From Ancylonema sp. (lineage: Eukaryota): a stretch of DNA of 64,000 nucleotides. Numbering within the stretch: position 1 is the first letter of the stretch; each line of letters opens with the position of its first letter. The stretch spans positions 1-64,000 of the forward strand of contig JBFLGF010000106.1 of assembly GCA_050230475.1 (NCBI GenBank), read 5' to 3'. Both the position numbers and the translations under genes were made by a program. Below, in pieces: positions 13,301 to 25,800 of the stretch. The notes below the pieces were generated by a model that saw nothing but the letters and a program-made list of their open reading frames with translations, was not told the DNA's origin and ran no database searches.

Positions 13301-15677
13301 CCTCCCATCCCCCCTTCACTAAGACTATCTGGACACCACTTTCATTCCCCACCCATCCGTCAAAACTGCGAACACATACGTCCCACGAAAACCGCACCCA
13401 TCCGCCACCAGAATTCATTTGGGTAGGGGGTGCGTACGGCTTGCTGTATGCCCAGTCGCATGCTCTCCTCCACCTTCACGCCATACCGCGCACTCTCACG
13501 ATCCTCTTGAGCGAAAGTGCGCACCGTACGTATGGCCCCCATACACTCCTGAACCCCACACCCAAACGCATACGCATGGGCAGCTGGGGGTGGGCTGTCC
13601 CGTATAGGCACATGCCGTGTGCTTATACCTCTGCGACGGCGGCGGCAGCTGCGGAGGCAGTCTGCGTTTTCTCGGACACCTTTCGGATGTACATGCCGAA
13701 GAACCGGATGCCCACCGACACGGGGGGCACCACGCCGAGAGTCAGCACTGGACGTCAGGAGGAGAAAAACAGGGGGGGTGGACCAGAGTCAGCACAGGGC
13801 CCCAGGAGAAAACAACACAACGGCAGGGATCAATCGACTCTGGGAGGGCACCTGTGAGCTGCCAGGATGTGGCCAGCATGTAGGCCAGACCAAACATGGC
13901 GGTGGCCAGGGATCGCAGGGCTTCGGAGAGGTTGGTTGTGGCTGCGTTTTTTATGACCTGGGTGTCTTCTGCCAGCCGGTTCAGCAGCTCTCCGCTGCGA
14001 GTGACGTCGAAGAAGGCAATTTCCTGGAAGCATCCGCGATAACCGTACCCCCTGAGGTGAGGTAAGAGGGTGTAAGAGATGGGCTGGGCCCCCCCCCCCC
14101 CCCAGCGGACCTGGTTCATAAGGGATGCAAAGAGATCTTTTCGAAGTTTGGCGACCACTTTCTCGCTGGCAGATGTGAACAGGTAGCTCCGCAGGGCTGT
14201 GGAGAGAGATCTGGAATTGGGGAAGGGAGGAGGGGGAGTAGGGGAACAGAATTGAAATTTTATGTGTGCAAGAAGAGAATTAGTAGTGAGACTGGGGGTG
14301 GGGGGAGTGGGGTCTTTTTTTAATCAAAACAGTTCTTTGTTCAGAATTTGAGTATGCATACGCAGACGCATCTAGGAACAGCATGCATGGATCTGTATGA
14401 GTTATTATGTACATCTGTCACTACAATTGACGGAATTTCATAATTTGGGGAGACAAAATTCAATTCTAAAGCATGTAATTCAACAGCAGTGGAAAACAAT
14501 GTGACAGCTAGCTCCCCCCATCCCCCCCCCCCAGCCACAGACATGGTCTGGTGAGTGTGAATGAGTCCACACCCGACAATGATGACGCCACACATTTTCA
14601 ACAGTGTCCCCCCTACAGCCGCCTTCGCCCCTGCCCTCCCCTCCTCGCTGTCCGAGAAGGAGGTGACCGTGTCCACCAGTTGACCCGCAAACTGGGGCTG
14701 GAACCAACGAGGATGTGCCACCTGTCAGCTGTGCGCTGACGTGGCAGCGAGAGGAGGGTGGAGGTTTCGGTACCAGAGCCACGTTGGCGAGAGCCGAAAT
14801 GAGAAGGGCTACGGTGGCGATGGCCAGCATGCCGCGCTCCCCCTTAGCCTGCCAGGTGGACAAAGGAGAGGATGCTACCTGTCTGGGCTGTAGTTCGTTT
14901 GAATGGAAGTCTGTAGGTGTGGTTCAGGAGGGGCGTGCTACAGTGGTATGAGGTGGGAGGCGGGAAATGAGGGATGTGAAGGGAGTGTACCAGGGAGATG
15001 ATTCGCAGGAATCCACCCGAGTCCTGCAGAACAACAACCACGGCAGGTTCGCAGGATGCTGACGTCATGTGTCGAGTGCGGGGGGTTACTTGGGAGAAGT
15101 GTTGGAAAACCAGCAGCAGCTCATCTATTCTTCTACTCTTTTTTTTGGGAGAACGTGATTCTAATGACATCAGCATGTCGGATACAGGCTTGAAGGCATG
15201 CATGCACCAAAGTTATTTTGGCGGTGGATCTATCACCTTAATTCCACTTTCCACATCTGGATCGCTGGGCGTAGAGATCTCGACGAGATCAGTTGGGGCG
15301 CCACCTTTCTGATAGAAGAGACAAGAATGTGTGTTACACAGGCGGGCGATTTTTTTTTTATATCTCACAGAAAAAGTAGAAGTGAGATGTGTTCGTGAAA
15401 ATATTTTCCAATTTGACGGGTATCGTGACACCTGCTCTGACATCTTATTTTTATTGCTTATGTAGCCGATGAGAGTGGGGTGAAATTATCATGTGGGGTA
15501 AATCGAAGCCGACAAAACCGAGCTCGTGTATCTCCATGTGACATGCCTGACGAATAATTTTAGTCCTGTCTACGATGATGCATGGTGTGAGGAGTAACGT
15601 ACCCTTGAAGTGGCAGAAGTTGCAGACAGGAGCGGCTGAGAGATCGCGGCTGCGTCGGTCTTCTTTGCAGAATGCAT
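10361..15677 (-). CDS. ABCB27: ABC transporter B family half-transporter, ABCB27/ALS1/TAP2-like; ~18 exons
   Basis: Spliced exons give [56 protein letters not shown], Walker A GPSGGGKST, Q-loop VSQEP, signature [15 protein letters not shown], Walker [13 protein letters not shown]-loop IAHRLST; one TMD plus one NBD. Confidence 0.9.
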
Positions 15678-16438
15678 GATGACGATGGACTGAAGAATCC
15701 AAAGGAACAACTGCAGACCCTGCCGTAAAATCGGACCAAATACGATGAGGTGTCAATTTCGAAAACGAGGCTGTAAAAAAGTATGTGCGATCAGCGTGAT
15801 CCAATGCTCGATCCAGGCGTGCCTGTTCGAACTGCGCGGAAGATGAGCTTCATGAGCAATGAGGATGGGCAACTATGGCAGGTGTCACATGCTGTTCGGA
15901 GCATGTTCGGCTCGGTTTTCTCCGCAACTGGTGCCGTAATCAGAGCATGTCTCTGCGGCGTAAAGACGCCGCAGAGCCCCCACACGGCGGAAATATTCAA
16001 CAGGGGCCCCTGGCTAATTCGAATTGCGCCATTTTATCATGCGGCACAATTCAAGATACGCCCCACCATGGTGATGAAGTTGCGCTTTCTGCCATCACTG
16101 CCCTCATCACCATCATCACGGCCATCTCGACACGCGTTGGTGATGAAGTCCGTGCCACAATACAGCTTTCTTGATTAATTCTTCTCTGCAGGGTTGTCAG
16201 TTATTTATGCCTGCTCCTATGCAAGCTTACTCACTTGCTAACAAGTCTACAAGAGAACCGCAAACAATATTCAGTAAGCTTGGGAGACGCATATCTTCGT
16301 TCATCACCGGTCCTCAACAGCTATACAGGAGCTAATTTAAAGTTTTTACTTATGCCTGTGGGGTCGTTGAGTATTTTTGGAGATTTTTTTCGAAGCCAGC
16401 GCCTTTCATTTCGTTCCAGAAGACGTTTTCAGCCGGTC

Positions 16439-18752
16439 ATGTTCCTCGGTAGGAGTAGAGTTGCGCCTTCTCGTTACAGATACAGGACTATTTGTTCAGG
16501 ATCTCAAGGAAACGACTTGTTTTCCGCGCACGAATGTGTACGGACCCTGGAGATAAGTACAATGGTCCAAGGTCCGTGGTCGTTGGCGCCAGGCAAAGAG
16601 GTCAGCCCAGCATCGCTCCTTCACGTCTTTCAAGATCGTTATGGTTCTACTGTCTGGCTCGACTGACGGATACATCTGTGCCGTCCAAATGCCACTCATC
16701 TCCAGCAGAGGAGAAGTAGCATTCGGAATCGGCAGCACTGAAGATCAGCACTATATTTTCTCGACTTTTTGAAAATTCTTCGCGGGGAACGAAGAATTCT
16801 CATAGCCGGTTCTCGTATCGCTCGCCATGACTCACAATTTTCAGAATAAAGCGGCAACAACCCACCATCTGACAACTGTCCCTCCCTGCCTGACATTGCC
16901 ACCTGTCAGGCCACGGGTGACAGCTGGCTCCGCGGTGGCACCTTCCATGCGACCGTCCATCCCGACCTCCCCCCCATCACCAAACTCTCTGACCTCCCTT
17001 CCCATTTCCTTTCCACCGCCTCTGCCACCTGGCAGTCCTCCCTCAGACCCTCCTCCAACCCCTCTGATTCAATAACCGCCTCCCCCCCCGTGCGCGCTTC
17101 CGGGTGGCAAGTGCGAACCGTGGCCGCCCAAATCCAGAGCCTGCCCACCTTGCGTGCGAAGATGGTGAGCCGCGCCCTTCAGATTCAGGCGGAGGCGGAG
17201 GGGGGAGCGCTCCTGCTTGTGTCTGGGGGTGAGCACACCCCACACCCTGGATCGGATTCGTCCAAGCATGTGAGGTGACCCTGCGATTGGCCTCTCCGTT
17301 CCAGGCCATCCCCTGAGGAACGTGAAGTTGACAGGCCCGCTGCTCCCAGCCTCCTCTCTCCACATGCTTAAGGCCGCCCACCTGCTTCGCCAGCAAGGCC
17401 TCCTGCCCCCAGGTGTGAACCAACTGCAAACTTTGTTAACAGAAAAACAGAAACTGCAAATGCAAATGTGAAATGGAAGTTTCTTTTCCCAATCGCTTTT
17501 CTTTCCCTCCCATTTTTTTTTCCCACTGTTGCTTCTTCAATTCTATCGTACCCTCATTTGATTTGTACACATTTTTACCCCCATACAAACCTTCTTCCAG
17601 GTGGGTTAGATGGCAACCATTTAGGGTTGATTTCAGTATTCCAGGGGTGCAGTTTTGGGCGGTTGAGAATCCCCTCACCAACACCTGCGACAAGCTGCAG
17701 CTCAAGATCGAGGTTGGTGCGGAGGCAATCATCAGTCAGCCCCCCCTTTTGCCGGATCGCTTCCAACAGTGGTGGCACTCTGTGCTCGACAGAGGGCTGC
17801 ACAAGACGGCAAAACTCATCGTGGGGGTGCCAATCATCTCTTCTGCCGCCAATTTGGCCTTCTGGCTGCGACTTACCGAGGCCAAAGGTGGGCTGGCAGA
17901 AGTACAGCTGTTGCGATTGTTGCAGCCATTCTATCATTTTATTTTCTTATGTCAATTAAAGAATGGATTTGCAGTTGAGTGGAAAGAAAGATTGAATCTG
18001 GCTACTGTTTGCTGTGATGGAAAAGCCAATAAAGGATAAATGTGCAAAACGTTGATGTAGCACAACTCATAACACTTTATGACTAAAACTTTTGATAACT
18101 CACCACTCTTTTTGAAGAGTAATAAGGTACGGGTAGTACAAAACAGTGAAAGGTCAGTGGATACAAATACTGACTAGAGCTTTTGACTTCACACATCTTG
18201 TCATTGCTAGTGCAAAGAACTATTGTTCCTCTGCATTTCTTACTTTTTGTTACCTAACTAGATTAGAATATAAGTCTGTATGTACATCGTCATGATCTTT
18301 CTCCAACACGGATCCCAAGCATCATGATTTGATTAACTTGAGTTTGTTTCAGTACATCAATTCTCTAATTTATTTTATTGTGATGTATCAAATGTTCAAT
18401 GTACATACACATGTGATCAAGATCATGCCACTCATAATTCATTCATTAGCCTGTGTCATTGTGTCATTGTGTCATTATGTCATTATGTCATATCAAACAC
18501 AACCGTTTCTTCATGAACCGCACAAATTTTCTCGCAGGTCCAGAAGCGGATTCCGTTTTGAATACATACTTTTCCTTAGAGACTGCGGCCGGCAGAGACG
18601 TTGTTGCCCTAGAGGATGTTCGCAAAAGCTTTACCCTCCGAATGCTTGCACTTGTCAAGGGTCTCCCAGGAGTGGCTGGCATTCACATCATGCCGGTAAC
18701 TCGGAAGGGGTGGAGAGATCTTGGGGCACTCGTGGAGGACGGCCAAATTTGA
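16439..18752 (+). CDS. Divergent methylenetetrahydrofolate reductase-like FAD-binding TIM-barrel protein; ~5 exons; possible organellar transit peptide
   Basis: In-frame exons ~16439-16600, 16910-17229, 17306-17412, 17646-17887, 18538-18752 give LLLVSGGHP, WAVENP, LQLKIEVGAEAIISQP, LIVGVP, PGVAGIHIMPV, which resemble MetF motifs (LALTGD, KxxAGAxFxxTQ, GVHxM). Confidence 0.65.
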
Positions 18753-19864
18753 CTCCATGGTTTACAATCATGATTTCTTTTCGCAAGTATGACGAAACGA
18801 AGCGTGACACCGCTCTCCACCACCTCCCCACAACAAGCAATTGAAGAGAGTGGGCGATTTCCCCCTTTGATGGCCTCCCCTTTGGATGTATTTTGTGTCG
18901 ACTTCAGTCGCGAATCCATATAGGTCAGGGCCACTCCGAAGCGATACAAAAGTCGCTAAAATGGCTACCATAGTGACACTTGCAATCTCTGTAGAAGCTT
19001 GTGAAGGCAACATTCCTACTTGGGTGATGAGGTTAACACGTTTCAGGTCAAAAGACACAACATTTGACATAATATGATCGCGATATTGATTACTCGTGCG
19101 ATATCCGTGCTAATATATATGTGGAGGAAAAAATGATGCACCGCATAGAATATGAAATATCACACCTTGTATCAGGCACTCATCTCGGTGGCCTTGTTGT
19201 GTATAGACACCACTTAGAGCAGAGTAAAGAATAGGGCCACCCATTGACACACCTTCGCACAAGAGAGGTTGCGTTGACAAACATGACGTAAGATGGACAC
19301 GCCGAGTGTATGTGACAGATCGCGATGAGAAACGTATACTTCAGTGCCGTAGCAATCACTTGCAAAATGGGTTGGTCCATAACTTTGGTTAGGTCCACGA
19401 ATGCACGTATAAACTCGTTGTGTCGCACAAGGTCAGGAAGAGGGTCTGGTCTTGCATAAAGTCCGAATTTCGTTTTTTTGATAAAAAATCAAAAAGACTG
19501 CGGGAGCGCATAGACCGCAATCATTTTGACCTTTTTTTTCAACTAGTCGGTGCCACCGTGCCCCAAAAGATGGGACAATGGAGTCATCGCCAAGAGTGTG
19601 TACCAAAAGAGGGGACGCATGCACATGATCAATCGCTATCACAATCGTGTTCTTTGAGCTTTGTTCTCCTTGTGTCATGGGTTGTGCGCAGAAACAAGTT
19701 CAACAAAACTCAGGAACACAAGTAGCATAAAACGCTCTCACATTGCCCACCACATGACGTTCGGTACAAGAGTCGAACTTTATTGACGGATTATTATCAA
19801 AATATGTACACTAAAAAGGTAAAAGTCATAACCGGTTCTGTACAAAGCCTAAGTGACCCTTCCC

Positions 19865-22800
19865 TCACTCTCCATTGCCGCCCACCCCACCCAGCCCAGA
19901 GATACTCAGCACCTCCTCCACTGTTTTCGCCTGCTGCATGCTTGCAATCCACGGAGCTAACTCACGCGAAAAAGTCAGCATGGAATCCACATCATCAAAG
20001 CTACCCCTCATCCGCGCCTCCCACCCCTCGTCACTCCCGCCTCCCTTGGCAAACGTGTGAAGCCGGTCGATGAGGGCCACATAAATGAAGACTGGGATAA
20101 AAACCTTTTCCTCCGTGTTCCTCCGCACCTCCTCACTACTCCCCTTCCCCGCAGGGCGCGCCCCAGACGTCCCTTTGAAGACAGCCCCTGCTTGGACAAG
20201 AGCTTGTGAAATGAATCTGAGTTTGGTTTTCCCCCATTCCTCTTCCCCCATGATGAGCAGTGAGGTGAGAAGCAGAAACTTGAGGGAGTCGTCCGCATTG
20301 GCTGCCACCGCCCCCTCCTTGGCGCCTACCTGGTCCGTCCAGTCAGGGGGGGGGGAATACTCCAAACCTTTTCCGACGCCCCCCTCCTTCACTAGCCCCA
20401 GGAGGGCAACTGGCGGTGGGGTGGAACTCAGAAACGTGTCGACATTCTGACGCAGGAGGGTCTTCTGCCCTCCCCCTCCCCCCCCCTCCTGATCCATGAG
20501 ATATAGCGCCATCTGGATCTGGAAGGGCAGCAGGTAGGCGTTACTGCCCAGCCCCCCCCCATGACTCTCTGTGCTCAGAGAAGCCCCCATGGCGAAGCGG
20601 AGGAGGAGGGTGGTTATATCATGCAGCAGTGCTCGCAGCCGACTCCCATCCACCCTCCCCACCGCCCCCACCTGGTCCCACCAGCTGTCGCAGCAGAAGG
20701 AGTAGTGGGCGGGGGCCGCGTGGGGGCCGCGCCGAGGGAACAGGGCGTTGCACAGAGTGCCGCTGTTTCTGAGCGCCGCCCCGTCCCACTCCTTCTTGGG
20801 GGATTTCAGGGAGGCGTCCGCCCGCTTTGCCTCCAGGTGGCACTGGAAGTGGATGACGTGGAAGTGCGACACGGTGCACTGCCCCCCCCCCTGCACCCTC
20901 CGCGTGTACGTGTACGTCCCCAACAGGTCTGTGGGGCGCAGCCTGTACCCCTCCCGGCAGACCATACAGGCCAGGGAGGTGCCGCTCTCCTCCTCCACCC
21001 CCTCCATCCCTGCCAGCGCCAGAGGGGAGGCAGCCATGACAATGTGTTCGCGTCCGTCTGCCTGCACTGCGCGCCGCATGCCCATGGTCTCCAGCACCTC
21101 CTCGCGGCGCTTTCGGGCGGCTGCCTTCATCTCCGCATGTGTGGCCTGGCGTAGGCCAATCACAGCTTCCCGCGCCGCGCCCGGAGGCCCCTCAGCCAGG
21201 TCATCCAGCAACCCCTCCGCTGTGGCTCCTATGTTTTTTTCTCCTGCCATCCTTTCGAAGGCGTGCAGGATGGGCAGCACCTCCCCCTCCAGGAGGCACT
21301 GCTGCGTGGGTGAGTGCCCCAAGCACAGCCCCCTCAGCATCTCGAGTAGAAGGGGGACAGAGGGAAGGCCCACCCCCGACTCCTTATCTTTGGAGGCTGG
21401 GAGGGCTGGGAGGGCTGGGAGGGGGGGGAAAGCAGTGCGCAGGTAGCTGATGGCTCCACCCGGTATGCCCTTGGCAAGGATGAGGTCTCTCAGCTGCATC
21501 CCATCCGCGTCCTCTCGGATGGCTGCGCACACGTGCACAAACTGCTTCACTCTCCCCCGCTCCTCCACCACCTCTTCTGTATGCCCCCCCTCATCGAATC
21601 TCGCCCAGTCCTGGAGGGAAGGCAGGAAGTGGTCCACCACCACCTCCATGGCGCCTGCGTCTCCCCCTGTGAGGTAGGGCAGGATTCGAGCCAGAGTCTC
21701 CCGACTGCTGCTCCCCCCGCCCGCCTTCTCCTTCACTTTCGGTTTCAGCAGTTTGTCGACAAACATGTGCACCGCCTCTACCCCCAGCCACGACGCAGCC
21801 CTCTCTCCACCCCCCTCCCCCTTCCCCCTCTCATTCGCATCTGTGACAAGCCTCTCGATGATGAGTACCAGACTCTCTGCCGCCTCTTCGGTCTCTGACG
21901 CGGTGGACAGCGCCCTCCTAGCCAGGTCTAGCAGCAGGGGCAGCCCCCCTAGGTCTAGCAGCGCCGCTCTGTTCCTGTGCAGTCTGCAGCAGTGCAGACT
22001 GAGTTTGAGCAGCAACGAGGTAGTCTCCCCCCCCCCCCCCAGCTCCTCGTCACTCAGCCCCTGCAGCATGTGGAGGAGTGCCTTCATCCCCCCACATTCC
22101 GCCATCACCCCAGCCAGAGCGTATTCCTTTTCGGCATCCACTGCCTCCTCCCGCGCCTCCTCCACCTCCTTCACCATAGGCTCCGTGGCCTCCCCATCCA
22201 GCCCCTGCAGTCGGTACACTACCGTCATGGCTGCCTCCTCCTGCCCCCCCTTGCACCACACCAGCTCGTACACGCTGCGCACGTTGAGGTCGAGGGAAAC
22301 AATGGAGCCGTTCACGAGGAGCTCCATCCCAAAGTCGTCGTCCAGAAAGCTAATCATCTCCAGCTGAGTGCAGATGAACCTCTTCACGTCACGCATGAGG
22401 GGCCCCGCCTGGGTCGACAGGTACGGGTTCTTGGTCATCGACCCCCGGATGTAATCCTCCTGACTAGCGGCCTTAGTGAGCACCAGGGTGTAGGGGGGGG
22501 GGGCGGGGGTGGGACACAGCTGTGCGCACAGCTGTTCCAAACAGAACTGTGGGTTGCCTGCGGGGGAGGTGAGAGCCTCCTCCAGAGCGTGCGTGCATGC
22601 CTTGACAAACAGCTCCTTGTTGCCGGGGCTGCACTCCACCACCGCCTCCAAACACATGGTCAGGAGCCTCCGGGACTCCTCCGTCAGCTTGCTCTTCTGC
22701 ACCACCAGGCCGCGCAGTACAAGGGAGGCGCGAAGCACCACCCCCACCTGGCCTTCCTTCACAAACCTGGGTACCATCCCTCCCCCGAGGCACACGCTCA

Positions 22801-25800
22801 GACCCACGGGAAATTACAAAAAAGTCCCCTAAAAAATCCCCTCATTAAGAACACGGTAACTGAAAAAAAAACCCATTTGTGAAACCCCAAAAGAAAAGTC
22901 TAAAATATGATCCCCAAAAACAATCCGATTTGAAAACTTTGGGGGGGGTAGCTGTGCCCAGCCCTAAGGATCTTACCTGGACCGTATGTTGGGCTCCTCC
23001 ACAAACTTCGCAAGCAGCATCGCCAGCTTGTGCAGCGAGTACCCCACCGCCACGTTGGTATGCACCCGCCTCTCCTCCCCCCCAATCCTCTCCGCCTCCC
23101 CCACCACCAGCGCGCACAGCTTCCCCACCCCCCCCTGCACTGTCAGCAGCAGCCGGGCGCTCCCCCGCTCCACCAGCCGCCCCAGCAAGTCGAACAGCTC
23201 CGCCCCGCCCTCCCCTGCCCGACTTGCTTCCGGCAGCAGGGAGAACAGGAGGCACACGCACTTGGCTGACCTGGCGGCACTGGTCGCGGCAAGAGCCTCC
23301 ACCAGGGAGCACACGGTGGTGCGGATGGGGGGGGAGCAGGGGGTGAGGATGAGGGACTTCACCCATTCTGTGTTCGCAAGTAGATCAAACGCCCCCCCGC
23401 TGCTCCGTTTCGCCACTTGGGTGCGCCACAACACAAAGTATTTGAGGCCCAGCCGCCCCTCCTGACCCCCCCCAGCCCCTGAAGGAGCGGAGTGCGCCCA
23501 CTGCCGACGCTCAAAGTCCCCCAGGGTAGCTCCGGCCACCCACTCGGGGTATGTGATGAGAGGGGTTTTATCTTCCATGTCTGCCTCTGCCACCTCCCCC
23601 TCCCCCTCCCCTTCCCCCTTCACATTGAGAGGGGGGGCGCACGCCTGGGCCACGATTTTGAGGCATGGCAGTATGATGTGTTCGCAGATCCCTGGGTGAA
23701 CAGCCCCCACACCCACACCCACGCTGCGGAAAAGGAGGTGGAATACGAGGCGGAGCCGAACCTCCCAGGATCCGTCGGTGAGGGAGCAGGTTTCGGAGAG
23801 GAGGTGCATGTCGTGGCGGACAGTGGCGGACATGTCTACGGAACGATGGTGGTCGAGAGCATAGAGGACCTGGGGCGTAAGGGGGGGGGGCATGAGTACG
23901 AGGTGGGTGCTTTTCTGGGTGGTGTTTTAGGGTTCTAGGACTCGAAAAAAAAACGAGGGGGGATCAAGAGTGCAAACGGGGGGGTGTAATTGGCGAAAAT
24001 AGCCCAGCATTGGGTTCAACAAAGGGGGTCCTGGAACCACCTCTATTCTGATAGAGGAAGAGGTGAGGGCGTCCCTCACCTTCTCCAAGATGAGGTCATT
24101 CAGCTGCTGCGTAGCCTCTTCATTCCCCTCTATGAATCGGCAGATGAGTTTGGTGGCCTCCTTGCTGCCTGTCGCGATGTTGTTCTCGAACACCTCTGCC
24201 AGAATGCCGCCTTCCACCAGGGCCTGCCGACACCCACCGTTTTCCGCCACCAGCTGCGGCACCACAGACTGGGGTTGTGGTGGTGTGGACAGAATCATGC
24301 AGGCTATGCATTCAGCTTCTCGCCTATCCATGCATACACATATACAAGCTACAAGTCTTGAGGTACATGCATGAACTCTGATACGTATGTATGTGATACA
24401 TATGCCAAAGGGGCAAAGGGGCTGGGGGGCAGGTGGTTACTTGCAGCCAGTGCAGCGCATATCCCACGAACGTGTTCGCACATCCGTAGCAGTGGTTCGA
24501 CAGGTGGGACGCGTCTGTGGCACCTGCTGCAGCCACACCTCCCCCCGGCTGGAGCTTTTTTTTGCGTTCCAAGTAGGTGGTGAGCGCCTGCCGCAGACCC
24601 AGCAGGATCTGGACGGAGGCGCTGAGGGAGTGGAAGCAGGCGGCGCACTTGTCGCCGTAGAGCACGCCCAAGATGGAGATCCGACGGTGGACGTGGAAGG
24701 TGGAGGAGGCAGGGAGAGAGACCACAGTCTGAGGGGGAGGGTCTGCGTTTCGGCTGCTGCTGCTGCCAACTGTCGCACTGGGAGGCGCTGAGGTGGCAAG
24801 GACGCCAGCTGTGTCGAGGTCAGGGTCCCCTACTGTGGACAGCAGGCGCAAGATGGGGCGCTTGAGGGCCAGCAGCTGCTGGTACTTGCGGTGCGCGCTG
24901 CCTGCTTCGGATTCGATGGCCGTCAACGCGCGCCGCATGTCCGCGTCTGTTTCGATGGCGTCGCATACGAAGCTGGGCCTGGCGGTGAAGGAGAGGTCGA
25001 ATTGCGCGTGGCGGCAGTAGCCGCACTCGATGCACAGAAACCCCTCCAGTTTCTCGTAGTTGATGGTGCGGCACTGGCGGCACTGGAACGCGTTCTCGTG
25101 GCACTGGGAGCAGATGCCGTGGCGGTCGGAAACGGAGCGGCTGCAGCGGGGGCACTGGAGGGTCTCTAAAGACTCCGCCTGATGGGGAGAGGGGGGGGGG
25201 GTGAAGGTTTCGTATGATGTCACGAGTCATCCCCCCCCAAAGTGCCCATACACACACATGCAAGCATGCATACATACACATATTCATACATACATACATA
25301 CATACATACATACATACATACATACATACACACAAACATACATACACACATACATATGTACATACATATGTACATACAGATGTACATACAGATGAACCCA
25401 CTTGTATATTCTTATCTACATACATATCCACATACATATGTACATATATACATGCATGCATACAGACATACACATGTTTATGCGTACATCCTTACATACA
25501 GATATGCATATGTACATATATACAAACATACATACATACATACAATCGTAAAGACATACATACATGCATGCATGCATGCATGCATGCATGCATATGCATG
25601 TATGAACATACATCCATACATCCATGCACACCCACATACCCACATCCCATGCAGCGGCTGCTACCTGGAGATTGTGGTAGAAGGTGTGGACGTCGACGAT
25701 GAAGTTGCAGGCCACGATGGGGATAGGGAACTCCACCACCACCTCACGTTGCCCAGGTGCCACCTGGCAGGTGCGGGCCTTCTTCCAGAGGGGCCAGCTG

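Noticed and set aside
10361..15677. ABCB as an auxin exporter clustering with BIG
   Set aside because: It is a half-size ABCB27/ALS1-type protein, not a full-size ABCB1/19 type
15783..16178. Small ORFs between ABCB27 and the MTHFR-like gene
   Set aside because: No homology or splice support; likely UTR or promoter
18768..19725. Short ORFs between the convergent MTHFR-like and BIG 3' ends
   Set aside because: No motifs or exon structure recognised
19865..22807. Genome-wide TAG reassignment suggested by the NOA1 stop
   Set aside because: The 980-aa and 755-aa BIG ORFs contain no in-frame TAG/TAA, and ABCB27 appears to end at TAG
20561..23466. Long Pro/Ser-rich plus-strand ORFs over BIG (likewise antisense ORFs over the USP and NAL1 genes)
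   Set aside because: Shadow ORFs of GC-rich coding exons with no recognisable motifs
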